Positions 1-9,587 are shown, numbered from the stretch's first letter. The stretch: DNA of 32,000 nt from an uncultured Butyrivibrio sp. (GCA_945928575.1 CAMENP010000013.1:45610-77609); one strand, 5' to 3'. The notes: a model not told the origin generated them from the sequence alone. Program-made: numbers and translations.

Positions 1-28
1 TTTACATAAATATGTTATATGATTTAGC

Positions 29-44
29 TACGAAAACGATTTAG
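29..44. promoter_or_regulatory. LacI-family operator candidate, copy 1 (TACGAAAACGATTTAG)
   Basis: The 16-mer is identical to 2001-2016. It is a cre-like pseudo-palindrome (CGAAAAC|GATTTAG) and lies 17 bp upstream of the YesL-like start codon. Confidence 0.5.
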
Positions 45-60
45 TAAATGGAGATACACT

Positions 61-690
61 ATGGCAAATACCTTTCATGCAGATAATCCGCTTAACAGAT
101 TTCTTTATAAATTCGGAACAATGATACTTATTAATATATATTTTCTGCTGTGCTGCCTGCCTGTAATTACGATAGGCGCATCATTTACGGCAGCAAATAC
201 TGTGTGCTATAAGATGCATGAAGAACCGGATGTCAAAGTTACATCAACTTTTTTCAAAACATTCGGCAGGAATTTCATCGATTCAACGCTCGTGTGGATA
301 ATACTCGCGGGAATAATGTCATTTGCGGTGTTTATATTTATTAAGAATGCGCAGACCGGCGGCACGGCGGCGGTAGTGATATGCGCCGTGTGCGTGATTG
401 TTGTTATAATTGCAATGTCGGGCGCAAGCTTTATTTTTATGATAATAGGAAGATATGATAATCCGATACAGACACAGATTGCAAACGCATATAAGATTGG
501 AATTTCACATCTTTCATGGTGCATAATAATATGGCTTATGTGGGGCGTGCCGATAGCTGTATTTGCTTCATTTCCGGTTCTTCTGCAATATCTGGGATGG
601 ATATGGCTGATTGTCGGAATGGCGCTTTTGATATATGCAACAACGGGAATATACCGGAAGATTTTCAGGAAGATAGAGACTAAGGAATGA
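61..690 (+). CDS. DUF624/YesL-like integral membrane protein (accessory protein of sugar ABC loci)
   Basis: 209-aa ORF with GGAGA 6 nt upstream of the ATG. It has several hydrophobic helices, an N-terminal 'NRFLYKFGTMILINIYFLLCCLPVITIGAS' typical of YesL-like proteins, and sits next to LacI and ABC genes. Confidence 0.7.
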   Translation: MANTFHADNPLNRFLYKFGTMILINIYFLLCCLPVITIGASFTAANTVCYKMHEEPDVKVTSTFFKTFGRNFIDSTLVWIILAGIMSFAVFIFIKNAQTGGTAAVVICAVCVIVVIIAMSGASFIFMIIGRYDNPIQTQIANAYKIGISHLSWCIIIWLMWGVPIAVFASFPVLLQYLGWIWLIVGMALLIYATTGIYRKIFRKIETKE

Positions 691-709
691 TTTAGGGAAT
701 GGAGAGCAT

Positions 710-1723
710 ATGATATCAATCAAAGACGTGGCAGCGGCATGCGGAGTGTCGATTTCCACGGTAAGTAAGGCGCTTAACGACCATAAGGATGTAAGCCAGA
801 GCAAAAAAGAATATATCAGACAGAAAGCGAAGGAGATGGGGTATTCTCCGAATTCGTCCGCGAGGGCACTTAAGACAAACAGAAGCCATAATATCGGCGT
901 ATTGTTTGTTGATGGTGCACAGAGCGGCCTTACGCACGACTATTTTGCGAGTGTGTTAGACAGTGTAAAGTCAACGGCAGAAAGCAGAGGGTATGATCTT
1001 ACATTCATCATTTCCGACAAGGGCGGGTCACGCAAGATGACATATCTTGAACACAGCAGATACCGTGGGGTTGACGGCGTCGTAATTGCGTGCGTTAATT
1101 TCGTGGAGCCTGAGGTTGTGGAACTTATGCAGAGCAGCATACCTACGGTCACGATAGATTATACTTTTAATAAGACCATTGCTGTGTTGTCCAACAATAT
1201 GGACGGAATGTCCGCGCTGACACAGTATGCGGTCGATATGGGACATCGCAGGATAGCGTACCTGTACGGAGAGGACTCGGTGGTTACATCGAACCGTATG
1301 TCGGGATTTTACATTACTATGGAGAAAAACGGAATCAAACCGCGTGATGAGTATATTATGGAGGTTAAGTACCGCAACATCGAAACGGCAGAGAAAGCGA
1401 CCAGAAAGCTCCTCAGCCTTAAAGAACCCCCGACATGCATATTCTATCCTGATGATTATGCGGCATTTGGCGGAATTAATGTTATCCGCGAAATGGGACT
1501 CAGAATACCGGAGGACATATCGATTGCCGGATATGACGGAATCCCTATATCGCGGATGATAGAACCGAGGCTGACTACCATTATACAGGATACCAAACAG
1601 ATCGGCAAAAGGGCGGCGGAGAAACTGATCAGCCTGATTGAGAAGCCGAGAACAACTATAATAGATCAGGTTGTTATAGATGCCACACTTTGTCCCGGAG
1701 AGACAATTAAGAAAATAAACTGA
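710..1723 (+). CDS. LacI family transcriptional regulator
   Basis: The N-terminal HTH 'ISIKDVAAACGVSISTVSKALN' is followed by a periplasmic-binding-protein-like sugar-sensing core of LacI-family length (337 aa). An SD (GGAGAG) lies upstream. Confidence 0.9.
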   Translation: MISIKDVAAACGVSISTVSKALNDHKDVSQSKKEYIRQKAKEMGYSPNSSARALKTNRSHNIGVLFVDGAQSGLTHDYFASVLDSVKSTAESRGYDLTFIISDKGGSRKMTYLEHSRYRGVDGVVIACVNFVEPEVVELMQSSIPTVTIDYTFNKTIAVLSNNMDGMSALTQYAVDMGHRRIAYLYGEDSVVTSNRMSGFYITMEKNGIKPRDEYIMEVKYRNIETAEKATRKLLSLKEPPTCIFYPDDYAAFGGINVIREMGLRIPEDISIAGYDGIPISRMIEPRLTTIIQDTKQIGKRAAEKLISLIEKPRTTIIDQVVIDATLCPGETIKKIN

Positions 1724-1725
1724 TA

Positions 1726-1765
1726 AAAATCACAAGGCTGACATAAAAGCCTTGTGATTTTTGCT
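1726..1765 (+). terminator. Rho-independent terminator after the LacI gene
   Basis: AAAATCACAAGGCT - 8 nt loop - AGCCTTGTGATTTT forms a perfect 14-bp stem that runs into a T tract. Confidence 0.75.
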
Positions 1766-1835
1766 TATAATGTGTATAAGAGAAAAAGTTTTCGTGAAAA
1801 ATGCGTGATATTCCGTATAAAAACTCTACGAAAAT

Positions 1836-1851
1836 TACGAAAACGATTTCG
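1836..1851. promoter_or_regulatory. LacI-family operator candidate, copy 2 (TACGAAAACGATTTCG, better palindrome)
   Basis: Matches the 16-mer at 29-44 and 2001-2016 at 15 of 16 positions. The half-sites CGAAAAC/CGAAATC agree at 6 of 7 positions. Extra ACGAAAA/TTTTCG half-sites flank it (1788-1794, 1828-1834, 1919-1927). Confidence 0.45.
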
Positions 1852-1966
1852 AAAACAAAAACGCGCAAAGCCTTATAAACAGGGCACTTTCGCGCTTCTC
1901 CGCGAATTATATATGCCTCGTTTTCGTAAATATTAGACATAATTTACAAAAAAATGAAAAAAATGG

Positions 1967-1995
1967 TTGCAATTATAGACAAAGTGGTGTATTAT
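1967..1995 (+). promoter_or_regulatory. Sigma-A-type promoter candidate for the SBP/permease operon
   Basis: TTGCAA (1967-1972), a 17-nt spacer, then TATTAT (1990-1995). Operator copy 3 starts 6 bp downstream of the -10. Confidence 0.5.
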
Positions 1996-2000
1996 CAAAA

Positions 2001-2016
2001 TACGAAAACGATTTAG
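2001..2016. promoter_or_regulatory. LacI-family operator candidate, copy 3 (TACGAAAACGATTTAG)
   Basis: Exact repeat of 29-44. It lies just downstream of the predicted -10, the classic position for repression. Confidence 0.55.
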
Positions 2017-2081
2017 TGGTTCTGAATCGTTCGAAGAAAAGAGCAAAGTTTGATGCCATAAGGCATCGGAATGGAGGAGCA

Positions 2082-3536
2082 ATGAGAAAATTTAAAAAAG
2101 CTATGGCTTTAACATTAGTAACAGCTATGGCAGCAGCATCATTCGTTGGATGTAGCAAGAGCTCAAGCTCAAGTTCAGCAGCAGCTAACAACAACACAAC
2201 GAAAGAAGCAGTAACAGACGCTGACGGCAAAGAAGTTTCCATGAGAGACCAGATCGCAGCAAAGAAGTATGACAATGAAGGAAAGGTACTTAACATCTAC
2301 GTATGGAATGATGAGTTCATCAGCCGTGTTGCAGATCACTTCCCGGGATATGAGAAGGTTGATGCAACAACAGGTAAGATTGGTGATGTAGAAGTTAAGT
2401 TCACAAAGGTTGATAACCAGGATAACAAATATCAGACCAACCTTGACCAGACTCTTCAGGACAACGGAAAGAATCAGGAGAACGCAGATGCTGATAAGAA
2501 GATCGATATCTTCCTTGTAGAAGCTGACTACGCACTCAAATATGTAAACAGCAGTTACACAATGAAACTTGCTGACCTCGGAATCACAGATGCAGATCTT
2601 CCTAACCAGTATCAGTATACTAAGGATGCTGTAACAGATTCAGAAGGAAACCTTAAAGGTATTTCATGGCAGGGCTGCCCAGGACTTCTTATCTACAGAA
2701 GAGACGTTGCTAAGGACGTTCTCGGAACAGATGATCCTACAGAAGTTCAGAAGTCAGTTGCAGACTGGGATACATTCGCAGAGACAGCTAAGAAGATGGC
2801 TGATAAGAACTACCTTATGACATCTTCAGTAAACGATACATACCGTGTATTCTCTAACAACGTATCATCTAAGTGGGTTGATGAGAACAACGTAATCAAC
2901 GTAGACGCTAACATCAAGAAATGGGTTGATGTTTCTAAGGCAATGGTAGACGCTAAGGAAACAGGTACATACGCACTTTGGTCAGATGACTGGGCTAAGG
3001 GATTCTACAAAGACGGTAACGTATTCTGCTACTTTGGACCGGCTTGGTTAATCGACTTCTCAATGCATTGCGATGAAGAAGGCAGTGTTGGTTATGACGG
3101 CGGATGGGCTGTTACAGAAGGACCACAGGGCTTCTTCTGGGGCGGTACATGGATCTGCGCAGCAGCAGGTACAGATAACCAGGAACTTGTTAAAGACCTT
3201 ATGCTTTGCCTCACAACAGATGAAGAGACAATGACTCAGATTGTTGAGAAGGATCATGATTTCGTTAACAACTCAAAGGTTATGGAAGCTAAGGCTACTG
3301 ACGATAAGTTCGGTGACAAGTATCTTTCAAACCAGAACCCGGTTGGACTTTTCTGCAACGGAATCAAGACTGTAAGCCTTGCTAACATCTCAGGTTACGA
3401 TCAGGGATGTAACGAAGAGTTCCAGAACGCTATGAAGGATTACTTCGATGGCAACTACAAGACATATGAAGAAGCACTCGATGCATTCTATGACAAAGTT
3501 ATTGTTAAGTATCCGGAACTTAAGAAACCAGAATAA
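2082..3536 (+). CDS. ABC transporter extracellular solute-binding lipoprotein (carbohydrate type)
   Basis: I chose the internal ATG at 2082 because GGAGGAG lies 3 nt upstream. 'MRKFKKAMALTLVTAMAAASFVGC' is a lipoprotein signal with a lipobox Cys, followed by a Ser/Ala/Asn linker. The gene is followed by two permease genes. Confidence 0.85.
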   Translation: MRKFKKAMALTLVTAMAAASFVGCSKSSSSSSAAANNNTTKEAVTDADGKEVSMRDQIAAKKYDNEGKVLNIYVWNDEFISRVADHFPGYEKVDATTGKIGDVEVKFTKVDNQDNKYQTNLDQTLQDNGKNQENADADKKIDIFLVEADYALKYVNSSYTMKLADLGITDADLPNQYQYTKDAVTDSEGNLKGISWQGCPGLLIYRRDVAKDVLGTDDPTEVQKSVADWDTFAETAKKMADKNYLMTSSVNDTYRVFSNNVSSKWVDENNVINVDANIKKWVDVSKAMVDAKETGTYALWSDDWAKGFYKDGNVFCYFGPAWLIDFSMHCDEEGSVGYDGGWAVTEGPQGFFWGGTWICAAAGTDNQELVKDLMLCLTTDEETMTQIVEKDHDFVNNSKVMEAKATDDKFGDKYLSNQNPVGLFCNGIKTVSLANISGYDQGCNEEFQNAMKDYFDGNYKTYEEALDAFYDKVIVKYPELKKPE

Positions 3537-3556
3537 ATAATAAGCTTGACTTTATG

Positions 3557-3589
3557 ACATGCCTGCTCTTATGGGCAGGCATGTTTTTT
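3557..3589 (+). terminator. Intra-operon hairpin / attenuating terminator between the SBP and permease genes
   Basis: ACATGCCTGC - 8 nt loop - GCAGGCATGT followed by TTTTT. SBP genes of ABC operons often carry such a hairpin. Confidence 0.6.
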
Positions 3590-3653
3590 ACAAAAATACC
3601 GTACACATTGATAGTAAATTTATAAAAAAAAATAAGAAATTAGGAGTGAGGAT

Positions 3654-4604
3654 ATGGCACAGAATCAAGCGAGTGTTGCTCCTATGGGAAAGGGCAAGAA
3701 AAGCAAGGTAGTCCGCTACAACAGATGGGGATACATATTTTTAATCCCGTTTATTGCAGTCTTTCTTGTGTTCAACCTGATTCCGTTGATAAGCACATTT
3801 TACAACAGTTTCTTTGAAAATTATATGGCCCAGCTTAATCACGTTGGCCCTAACTTTGTAGGTTTCCAGAACTACAAAACACTTTTTGCAGACGGTAAGA
3901 TCTGGCAGTATGCAGGAAATACCGCAATTATGTGGGTAATGGGATTTATTCCACAGATTATCGTATCACTTCTCCTTGCACAGTGGTTCTCGGACACGAG
4001 ACTTAAGCTTAAGGGAAGTACATTCTTCAAGACAGTAATTTATATGCCTAACCTGATAATGGCATCGGCATTTTCGTTATTGTTCTTCGCATTATTCTCA
4101 GACGGTGGTCCTATTAATGACCTTCTGATGAAGATGCACATATTAGATGAACCGTTCAAGTTCTTCTCCAGCAAATGGGCGACGAGAAGTCTTGTAGCAG
4201 CCATGAACTTCCTTATGTGGTTCGGTAACACAACGATTCTTCTTATGGCAGGTATCATGGGAATTGACGTATCGCTTTACGAAGCGGCTGAAGTTGACGG
4301 TGCTAATTCATGGCAGAGATTTACCAGAATTACACTCCCTCTTTTGAAACCAATTCTTATATATGTAATGATTACCTCATTGATCGGTGGTATCCAGATG
4401 TTCGATGTACCTCAGATTTTGACAAACGGAACCGGTAATCCGACCGACTCAACTATGACGTTGATTATGTATTTGAACAAACACTTGTACAGCAAGAACT
4501 ACGGTATGGGCGGTGCTATTTCGGTAGTACTCTTCTTACTGACAGGCGCATTAAGCCTTCTTGTTTACAATATCATGTATAGAAAGAAAGATAAGGAGGC
4601 ATAA
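3654..4604 (+). CDS. Carbohydrate ABC transporter permease (MalF-like)
   Basis: About six TM segments and the EAA loop 'LYEAAEVDGANSWQRFTRITLPLLKP'. An SD (AGGAGTGAGG) lies upstream. Confidence 0.9.
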   Translation: MAQNQASVAPMGKGKKSKVVRYNRWGYIFLIPFIAVFLVFNLIPLISTFYNSFFENYMAQLNHVGPNFVGFQNYKTLFADGKIWQYAGNTAIMWVMGFIPQIIVSLLLAQWFSDTRLKLKGSTFFKTVIYMPNLIMASAFSLLFFALFSDGGPINDLLMKMHILDEPFKFFSSKWATRSLVAAMNFLMWFGNTTILLMAGIMGIDVSLYEAAEVDGANSWQRFTRITLPLLKPILIYVMITSLIGGIQMFDVPQILTNGTGNPTDSTMTLIMYLNKHLYSKNYGMGGAISVVLFLLTGALSLLVYNIMYRKKDKEA

Positions 4605-4608
4605 GGAT

Positions 4609-5472
4609 ATGAGCGAACCGATTGGTGAAATTAAAAAAAGCACGTCAACACATGCAAGACGTGTAATAGCTTATATAGTATTGATAATTCTTTCGATTTT
4701 GTGCCTCTTTTGGTTCTATATACTTCTGATTTACTCAACCAGAAGCAACGGTGAGATACAGAAGGGAATAACATTTATTCCGAGTACGCATTTCGTAGAG
4801 AATTTTAAGAACCTTGTAAACAGCTCACAGCCTGTATTCCAGGGCTTGAGAAACAGTTTGATCATCGCATGTTCATCAGCATTGCTTTCAACATATTTTT
4901 CAACATTGACAGCATATGCAATCCATGTATACGATTTCAAACTTAAGAAATTCATCTTCACATTCATTCTTATGATAATGATGGTTCCTACACAGGTAAC
5001 CGTACTTGGATTCATACAGTTAATGACTAAGATGAATTTAATTAATAACTTTATACCGCTTATCGTACCTACGATAGCAGCGCCGGTAACCTTCTATTAC
5101 CTTAAACAGTACATGGAAAGTGCACTTCCGTTAGCCCTTATAGAGGCAGCGAGAATTGATGGCTCCGGTGAAATAAGAACATTTAACACGATAGCACTTC
5201 CGCTTATGAAACCGGCAATTGCGGTTCAGGCAATCTTTACTTTCGTAAGCAGCTGGAATAACTACTTTATCCCAACATTCATACTTAAGAAAGAGAAGAT
5301 GAAGACAATACCTATCATTATTGCACAGCTCCGTTCATCGGACTACCTGAAGTTTGATATGGGTCAGGTTTATATGATGATTACGCTTTCAATTTTCCCT
5401 GTAATTATCGTATATCTCATCCTTTCAAAGCATATCGTTTCAGGTATTGCAATGGGTTCGGTTAAAGGTTAA
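4609..5472 (+). CDS. Carbohydrate ABC transporter permease (MalG-like)
   Basis: I chose the ATG at 4609 (AAGGAGG at 4594-4600) over the TTG at 4561 used in the ORF track. The EAA loop is 'LIEAARIDGSGEIRTFNTIALPLMKP'. Confidence 0.9.
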   Translation: MSEPIGEIKKSTSTHARRVIAYIVLIILSILCLFWFYILLIYSTRSNGEIQKGITFIPSTHFVENFKNLVNSSQPVFQGLRNSLIIACSSALLSTYFSTLTAYAIHVYDFKLKKFIFTFILMIMMVPTQVTVLGFIQLMTKMNLINNFIPLIVPTIAAPVTFYYLKQYMESALPLALIEAARIDGSGEIRTFNTIALPLMKPAIAVQAIFTFVSSWNNYFIPTFILKKEKMKTIPIIIAQLRSSDYLKFDMGQVYMMITLSIFPVIIVYLILSKHIVSGIAMGSVKG

Positions 5473-5490
5473 TGATTTAACGGTGTACAT

Positions 5491-5530
5491 AAGCCGGTCG
5501 TCCCGTAAGGGACGGCCGGTTTCTTTTTTT
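5491..5530 (+). terminator. Rho-independent terminator of the ABC operon
   Basis: AAGCCGGTCGTCCC-GTAA-GGGACGGCCGGTTT followed by CTTTTTTT. Confidence 0.8.
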
Positions 5531-5598
5531 ATGCTGGTAAAAAAAGGCCGGATGTGTTACAATAAATTCAAATCGTTTTTTATGGACAGGAGCGAATC

Positions 5599-7644
5599 AT
5601 GAAAAGTATTTTTGGCAAAATCAAAGGACCGCTGAAGATATATCTGCGCTGGCCGGTGTATGGCGCAGTCTTTTTTGCTGTGGTTAACGCCATAATGTAT
5701 TTCATTGACCTGCGTGCGGCGGTTGTATTTTCGGTGGCATTATTTATATATCTGGTGTTTTTGGTTATATTTATGATAACGAAACACAATTTTTTTACCA
5801 AAAACATTATAGAATTTGCGTCCGGTTATGCACAGATGCAGAAGCGGATGATGGACGATCTGATGGTGCCTTACGGGCTGCTTGATGAGAGTGGACATAT
5901 TATATGGCTTAATAATGCTTTTACGGAGATTGTCAGCAAGGAAGATTATCATAAGAGTCTTGCAACGATTTTTCCGGAAGTGGGTGAACTTGATTTTGCG
6001 GCGGGCCTTGATAAGCTGAATGAAGTCAGCCTTAAGTTTGGAGACAGGGATTACAGACTCGTTATAGAGACCGTTGATATGAGCGGCATTGATATGGACG
6101 CCGGAATGGTGGATGCCGATGAGAATACCGGAATTTATGCGATGTATCTTTTCGATGAGACAGAGATCAATGAGTGCCGTAAGGAACTGCATGATGAGAG
6201 ATGCGTTGTAGGACTTATATATATCGATAATTATGACGAAGCCCTTGAGAGCATCGACGAGGTGCGCCGTTCACTGTTAATAGCGTTGGTTGACCGTAAG
6301 ATTAATAAATATGTCTCGGGCGGCAACGGAATTGTTAAGAAGCTTGAGAAGGACAAGTATCTGGTTGTATTCAGGTACAGATTCTTAGAGCAGTTGAGAG
6401 AAGACAGATTTTCCGTACTTGAGGAAGTTAAGTCTGTTAATATAGGTAATGAGATGTCAGTTACGCTCAGTATCGGTATCGGAGCCATGAACGGAACATA
6501 TCTTAAGAATTATGACATGGCAAGGGCTGCCATAGATCTTGCACTTGGACGAGGCGGCGACCAGGCGGTCGTACGTGAAGGCAATAAGGTAACTTATTAC
6601 GGCGGCAAGACTAATTCCGTTGAGAAGAATACGAGAGTTAAGGCCAGAGTCAAGGCGCATGCCCTCAGGGAACTCCTTGAAGGAACGGACAATGTGCTTA
6701 TCATGGGACATAAGATAAGCGACGTCGATGCGGTCGGCGGAGCAGTCGGTATATATGCTGCGGCGAGAGCTTTCGATAAGAAGGCCAATATTGTACTTAA
6801 TGAGATTACGACATCATTAAGACCGATAGTTGATCTGTATAAGAACAGCTCGGATTATGATAAGGATTTATTCGTTAACAGCGAGGAAGCACTTACCAAA
6901 GTTACGGCCAATACGCTGCTTGTGGTAGTGGATGTAAACAGAAAGAGTTATACGGAATGTCCTGAATTGATCGGAAAATGTAAGACGACTGTCGTACTTG
7001 ACCATCATCGTCAGGGCAGCGAGCCGATAGAGAACGCAACATTGTCATATATAGAACCGTATGCTTCATCCACCTGTGAGATGGTGGCGGAAATTCTTCA
7101 ATATATCTGCGACAATGTCAAGATAAAGCCGATAGAGGCAGACACAATATACGCAGGCATCGTAATAGATACCAACAGCTTCAGCAACAAAGCCGGAGCC
7201 AGAACCTTTGAAGCGGCAGCATTTATAAGGCGTAACGGAGCCGATATCATAAGAGTCCGTAAGCTCTTAAGAAGTGATATGACGGAATATAAGGCTAAGG
7301 CAGAGGCGGTAAGGCACGCCGAGGTATACCGGGACTGCTTTGCGATATCGATATGTCCGAGCGCCGGTTTGCAGAGTCCGACTATTGTCGGCGCGCAGGC
7401 AGCGAATGAACTTTTGAATATTTCGGGAATTAAGGCATCAATAGTATTTACACTTTATAACGATGAGATATACATCAGTGCAAGGTCAATTGACGAGGTT
7501 AATGTCCAGCTTATTATGGAACGCCTTGGAGGCGGAGGCCATATGACAATCGCCGGAGCACAGCTTAAAGGAATGGACCTTGATGAGGCGATAGACCTTG
7601 TTAAGAAGACACTTGATGAGATGATACAGGAGGGCGCAATCTAA
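5599..7644 (+). CDS. gdpP: GdpP-like DHH/DHHA1 phosphodiesterase (cyclic-di-AMP phosphodiesterase family)
   Basis: Two N-terminal TM helices, a central PAS/degenerate GGDEF-like region, the DHH motif 'VVLDHHRQG' and the DHHA1 motif 'GGGGH'. It sits directly upstream of rplI-dnaB, the conserved Firmicutes arrangement. Confidence 0.85.
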   Translation: MKSIFGKIKGPLKIYLRWPVYGAVFFAVVNAIMYFIDLRAAVVFSVALFIYLVFLVIFMITKHNFFTKNIIEFASGYAQMQKRMMDDLMVPYGLLDESGHIIWLNNAFTEIVSKEDYHKSLATIFPEVGELDFAAGLDKLNEVSLKFGDRDYRLVIETVDMSGIDMDAGMVDADENTGIYAMYLFDETEINECRKELHDERCVVGLIYIDNYDEALESIDEVRRSLLIALVDRKINKYVSGGNGIVKKLEKDKYLVVFRYRFLEQLREDRFSVLEEVKSVNIGNEMSVTLSIGIGAMNGTYLKNYDMARAAIDLALGRGGDQAVVREGNKVTYYGGKTNSVEKNTRVKARVKAHALRELLEGTDNVLIMGHKISDVDAVGGAVGIYAAARAFDKKANIVLNEITTSLRPIVDLYKNSSDYDKDLFVNSEEALTKVTANTLLVVVDVNRKSYTECPELIGKCKTTVVLDHHRQGSEPIENATLSYIEPYASSTCEMVAEILQYICDNVKIKPIEADTIYAGIVIDTNSFSNKAGARTFEAAAFIRRNGADIIRVRKLLRSDMTEYKAKAEAVRHAEVYRDCFAISICPSAGLQSPTIVGAQAANELLNISGIKASIVFTLYNDEIYISARSIDEVNVQLIMERLGGGGHMTIAGAQLKGMDLDEAIDLVKKTLDEMIQEGAI

Positions 7645-8090
7645 TGAAAGTTATTTTATTACAGGATGTAAAAGCACTTGGCAAGAAAGGACAGACCGTG
7701 GATGTCAGCGACGGATATGCACGTAATTTTATATTGCCAAAGAAACTCGGTGTTGAAGCCAATGCAGAGAATATGAACAATCTTAAGCTGCAGAAGGCAC
7801 ATGATGATAAAGTTGCCAAAGAACAGCTGGAAGCTGCTAAGGAACTCGCGGCTAAACTGGAGACGCTTAAAGTGGAAGTTTCTATTAAGTCCGGTAAAGA
7901 CGGAAGAACATTCGGTTCTATTTCGTCCAAGGAAATTGCTACAGAACTTAAGGCACAGCACGGTATTGAGATTGATAAGAAGAAAATCGTGCTCGATGAA
8001 CCTATAAGATGCGTGGGAACGTCAATCGTATCGGTAAGACTTCACCGCGATGTAACAGCGAAACTTAATGTACATGTCAGTGAGGCATAA
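7644..8090 (+). CDS. rplI: 50S ribosomal protein L9
   Basis: 'MKVILLQDVKALGKKGQTVDVSDGYARNFILPKKLG' is the canonical L9 N-terminus. The length is 148 aa and the start overlaps the gdpP stop (TAATG). Confidence 0.95.
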   Translation: MKVILLQDVKALGKKGQTVDVSDGYARNFILPKKLGVEANAENMNNLKLQKAHDDKVAKEQLEAAKELAAKLETLKVEVSIKSGKDGRTFGSISSKEIATELKAQHGIEIDKKKIVLDEPIRCVGTSIVSVRLHRDVTAKLNVHVSEA

Positions 8091-8095
8091 AGAAG

Positions 8096-9448
8096 ATGGA
8101 TGAAGTGCTCATTAAGCGCATTTTGCCACATAGTGATGAAGCTGAACAGGCGGTAATAGCATCCATGCTTATGGATAAAGATGCGGTGGTTACGGCAGTT
8201 GATATGCTTGAGAAGGATGATTTCTACTCGAGCAGATATGGAATACTCTTTGAAGCCATGGCACAATTGTCCAAGGAGGGTAAACCGGCAGATCTGGTAC
8301 AGGTTCAGGACAGAGTCCGCCAGAACGGGGCTCCGCCTGAAGTATCGGGAATGGAATTTTTAAGAGAGGTACTCTCGTCGGTGCCTACATCAGCGAACAT
8401 AAGGCATTATGCTGAGATTGTCAAAAACAAATCGATTCTGCGCAGACTTATCAAAACAGCGCAGACAATAGAAAATGAATGTTATGAGAGCAAAGATAAT
8501 ATAGAAAATATTCTTTACAATGCAGAGAAGAATATTACAGGTGTGACACAGAGCGGAAGCAGTGAAGAAATACAGCCGATAAGTGAAGTTGTAATTGAAG
8601 CACTTGACAGAATGCAGGCGGCGGCGAATGCGGGCGGTAAGATAACCGGTATAGCGACCGGATTTACAGATCTGGATTATAAGATGGCCGGCTTGCAGAA
8701 TTCTGACCTTGTTCTCGTTGCAGCCAGACCTTCTATGGGTAAGACCGCATTTGTACTCAATATTGCCCAATATGTATCGGTAAAGCATGATACAACAACT
8801 GCGATATTCAGTCTGGAAATGTCAAAGCTCCAGCTTGTTAACCGTATCATTTCGATGGAATCCAAAGTTGATTCCAAGAATATAAGAACCGGTAATCTTT
8901 CTCCGGCAGAATGGTCTAATATAGCAGAGGGAGCATCCAACGTCGGAATGTCTCATATTATAATAGAAGACACACCGGGCATTTCGGTTGCAGAACTCAG
9001 AAGCAAGTGCAGAAAGTTTAAGCGCGATAATAATCTCGGGCTTATAATCATCGACTATATACAGCTTATGTCCGGCGGCGGAAAGAGCGAATCGAGACAG
9101 CAGGAAGTATCCGAGATATCGAGAGCACTCAAAGGGGTTGCAAGAGAGCTGAACGTCCCGGTTATAGCGCTGTCACAGTTAAGCCGAAGCGTTGAAGCAA
9201 GACCGGATAAAAGGCCTATGCTTTCAGATCTGCGAGAATCCGGAGCTATAGAGCAGGATGCCGATGTTGTTATGTTCATATATAGGGAAGATTACTATAA
9301 GAAAGATACGGACAGGCCGGGCGTTGCCGAGATAATAATTGCCAAGCAGAGAAACGGCCCTACAGGAACCGTTGAACTGGGCTGGATTGCCGATCTTACC
9401 AAGTTCGTTAATCTTGAACAGAATAACAGGCGTAATGAAGACTTTTAA
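8096..9448 (+). CDS. dnaB: Replicative DNA helicase DnaB
   Basis: Walker A 'ARPSMGKTAF', 'IIIDYIQLM', 'SQLSRSVE' and 'IIAKQRNGPTG'. Length 450 aa, immediately downstream of rplI. Confidence 0.95.
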   Translation: MDEVLIKRILPHSDEAEQAVIASMLMDKDAVVTAVDMLEKDDFYSSRYGILFEAMAQLSKEGKPADLVQVQDRVRQNGAPPEVSGMEFLREVLSSVPTSANIRHYAEIVKNKSILRRLIKTAQTIENECYESKDNIENILYNAEKNITGVTQSGSSEEIQPISEVVIEALDRMQAAANAGGKITGIATGFTDLDYKMAGLQNSDLVLVAARPSMGKTAFVLNIAQYVSVKHDTTTAIFSLEMSKLQLVNRIISMESKVDSKNIRTGNLSPAEWSNIAEGASNVGMSHIIIEDTPGISVAELRSKCRKFKRDNNLGLIIIDYIQLMSGGGKSESRQQEVSEISRALKGVARELNVPVIALSQLSRSVEARPDKRPMLSDLRESGAIEQDADVVMFIYREDYYKKDTDRPGVAEIIIAKQRNGPTGTVELGWIADLTKFVNLEQNNRRNEDF

Positions 9449-9459
9449 TAAAAATAATT

Positions 9460-9499
9460 ATACCGTGGATGATGTTAATGTCGTCTGCGGTATTTTTTT
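9460..9499 (+). terminator. Rho-independent terminator after dnaB
   Basis: A 13-bp stem (three G-U pairs) with an 8-nt loop, followed by TTTTTTT. Confidence 0.6.
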
Positions 9500-9544
9500 G
9501 ACGGAATAAGTCATGCGATTTATATCAGCAGAGAGTTGGCACAA

Positions 9545-9553
9545 TGTTATAAT
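9545..9553 (+). promoter_or_regulatory. Extended -10 promoter candidate (TGtTATAAT) for the MerR-like gene
   Basis: TGTTATAAT lies 35 bp upstream of the ATG at 9588. There is no good -35. Confidence 0.3.
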
Positions 9554-9587
9554 TAGTGCGACCAAAGTGATAAAGGGGCGATAATTA

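Noticed and set aside
1754-1936. 60-aa Lys/Arg-rich ORF in the LacI-SBP intergenic region
   Set aside because: It has no SD. The sequence is made of repeated ACGAAAA/TTTTCG operator half-sites, which explains the biased translation.
2016-2081. N-terminal extension of the SBP ORF (alternative start at 2016)
   Set aside because: It overlaps operator copy 3. GGAGGAG precedes the ATG at 2082, from which a proper lipoprotein signal peptide begins.
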